DNA of 63,680 nucleotides, counting the filler, from Nemertoderma westbladi (Eukaryota; Animalia; Xenacoelomorpha), in NCBI GenBank assembly GCA_032718475.1. It is 3 parts of 3 records of this genome, joined end to end, with 100 filler letters (N's around TTAATTAATTAA, not from the genome) between each part and the next. Parts side by side here need not be neighbours in the genome. Positions count along the whole stretch, not along the records: positions 51,574 to 63,680 come from JAUCBJ010003202.1; 2 more parts are not named here. One strand, written 5' to 3'. The position numbers and the translations under genes were made by a program. This document shows positions 62,601 through 63,680 of this stretch, one piece after another; within the stretch, counting starts at the first letter, position 1; each line of letters starts with the position of its first letter. The notes under the pieces are model-generated. The model did no database searches and had not been told where the DNA came from. It saw only the letters and a program-made list of their open reading frames with translations.

Positions 62601-63229
62601 ATTTAACGATAGAGACAAATAATTGTTCGCAGTAAAAGATCACCATGATATACTGTAGGCCTACAGTATGTTAATCGTGTGATCGAGGAATCCCTCCCCA
62701 AGCCATTACACGGCTTGAGGTGTTGACCTGGTAAAGTAATTTTTCAGTATCAATACTGCACTTTTGGGTTGGCCCGTGATGCAGATTAAGAGGGGTTGAA
62801 GTGGAGGAACTTTCCCCTCTTCTTTGATTTATTGGTGGTTTGGTTAAATCTCTTAAATACCGATTTTGTAATAGACTTGCATCGTGCTGCGCGTAGGCCC
62901 CACAAACGTGTATAATATCTACTGAATTACGGCTCTCCAGTAACTTAAACCATTTATACCTCTCTAGTATTGTAGTTGTGTACTAAAGTACGACGTTTCA
63001 TGAAACCATGTTGGGACTTACTAATATGTTATGTAACCGCAAATAAGATACTGTACTGTAGTACTGTGCGTCGTTTTTAATGCATAACTCCATCATTTTA
63101 CATTCTACACAAACACAAGTAAGAGAAATAGGACGGATCAGTGTGACTTCCCTTTTTAAAAAGAGGGATTATATTATGCAGTTAGCCACGCAGAAGGCAA
63201 GGCATGTGTTTCAATAGAAACTACTGTAC

Positions 63230-63420
63230 AAATAATATCGACAAGGGCAAATTCAAATTCAACACCTCAAAAGAATGCTCTGCCCCCTCAACCTTACGTA
63301 GCTCCGAAATTAACAAACTAAAAATCTCTCATGGAAACTATAATATCAAAATACGGAACAGCCATCACGTGACACGCGCCACAGCGCATGGTTTCCACCA
63401 TCTGATCTATTCTGCCAATC
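63230..63420 (+). mobile_element. 3' fragment of the RTEX-like family
   Basis: RNSHHVTRATAHGFHHLI matches RNRHIITRTTAHGFHHII at ~56005-56060. Confidence 0.7.
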
Positions 63421-63490
63421 TTCCTTTCCACGCGATTTCCCCTGAGTGCCTCTGCCGTTACTGCGACTCACCCTGCGATAGTCCGCCCGC

Positions 63491-63680
63491 CAACTGTCCC
63501 ATGTATCTGTGTCACACACACTGCGAAAGGGGAACCGCGCTCTCAACTGCCCCATGTATCTGTGTCACACACACTGCGAAAGAGGAACCACGCTCTCAAC
63601 TATCCCATGTATCTGTGTCACACACACTGCGAAAGAGGAACCACGCTCTCAACTATCCCATGTATCTGTGTCACACACAC
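63491..63680. repeat. 53-bp tandem repeat, running off the window end
   Basis: Units start at 63491, 63544, 63597 and 63650. Confidence 0.95.

Overview
This is AT-rich, repeat-dense eukaryotic DNA from an invertebrate animal, with two 100-nt assembly gaps that carry a TTAATTAATTAA linker. There are three host genes. The first is a multi-exon tryptophan hydroxylase (TPH; + strand, about 13.1-22.5 kb, last exon not found). The second is an SLC46/PCFT-like MFS transporter whose coding sequence is interrupted by a 600-bp Merlin DNA transposon. The third is an intronless MIPOL1-like coiled-coil gene. The rest is mostly repetitive. A ~31-bp minisatellite hosts nested insertions (Sola1-like transposon, L2/CR1 LINE, RTE LINE, RTEX-like LINE). 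An orphan ITS1-5.8S-ITS2-28S(5') rDNA fragment is joined to what looks like the 3' end and LTR of an LTR retrotransposon. There is also a 10.3-kb satellite of 44-bp units, several RTE copies, a tRNA-derived SINE, MITEs and a Gypsy relic. The most striking element is a 340-bp repeat (two tandem copies, a partial third and one dispersed copy). In it a minimal type I hammerhead ribozyme sits between Pol III A and B boxes, in the anticodon-arm position of a tRNA-like unit, followed by a T6 terminator, giving a retrozyme/SINE hybrid. The second highlight is that the Merlin insertion could be spliced out in frame, acting as a transposon-derived intron. All family assignments come from motif recognition by eye; no database searches were run.
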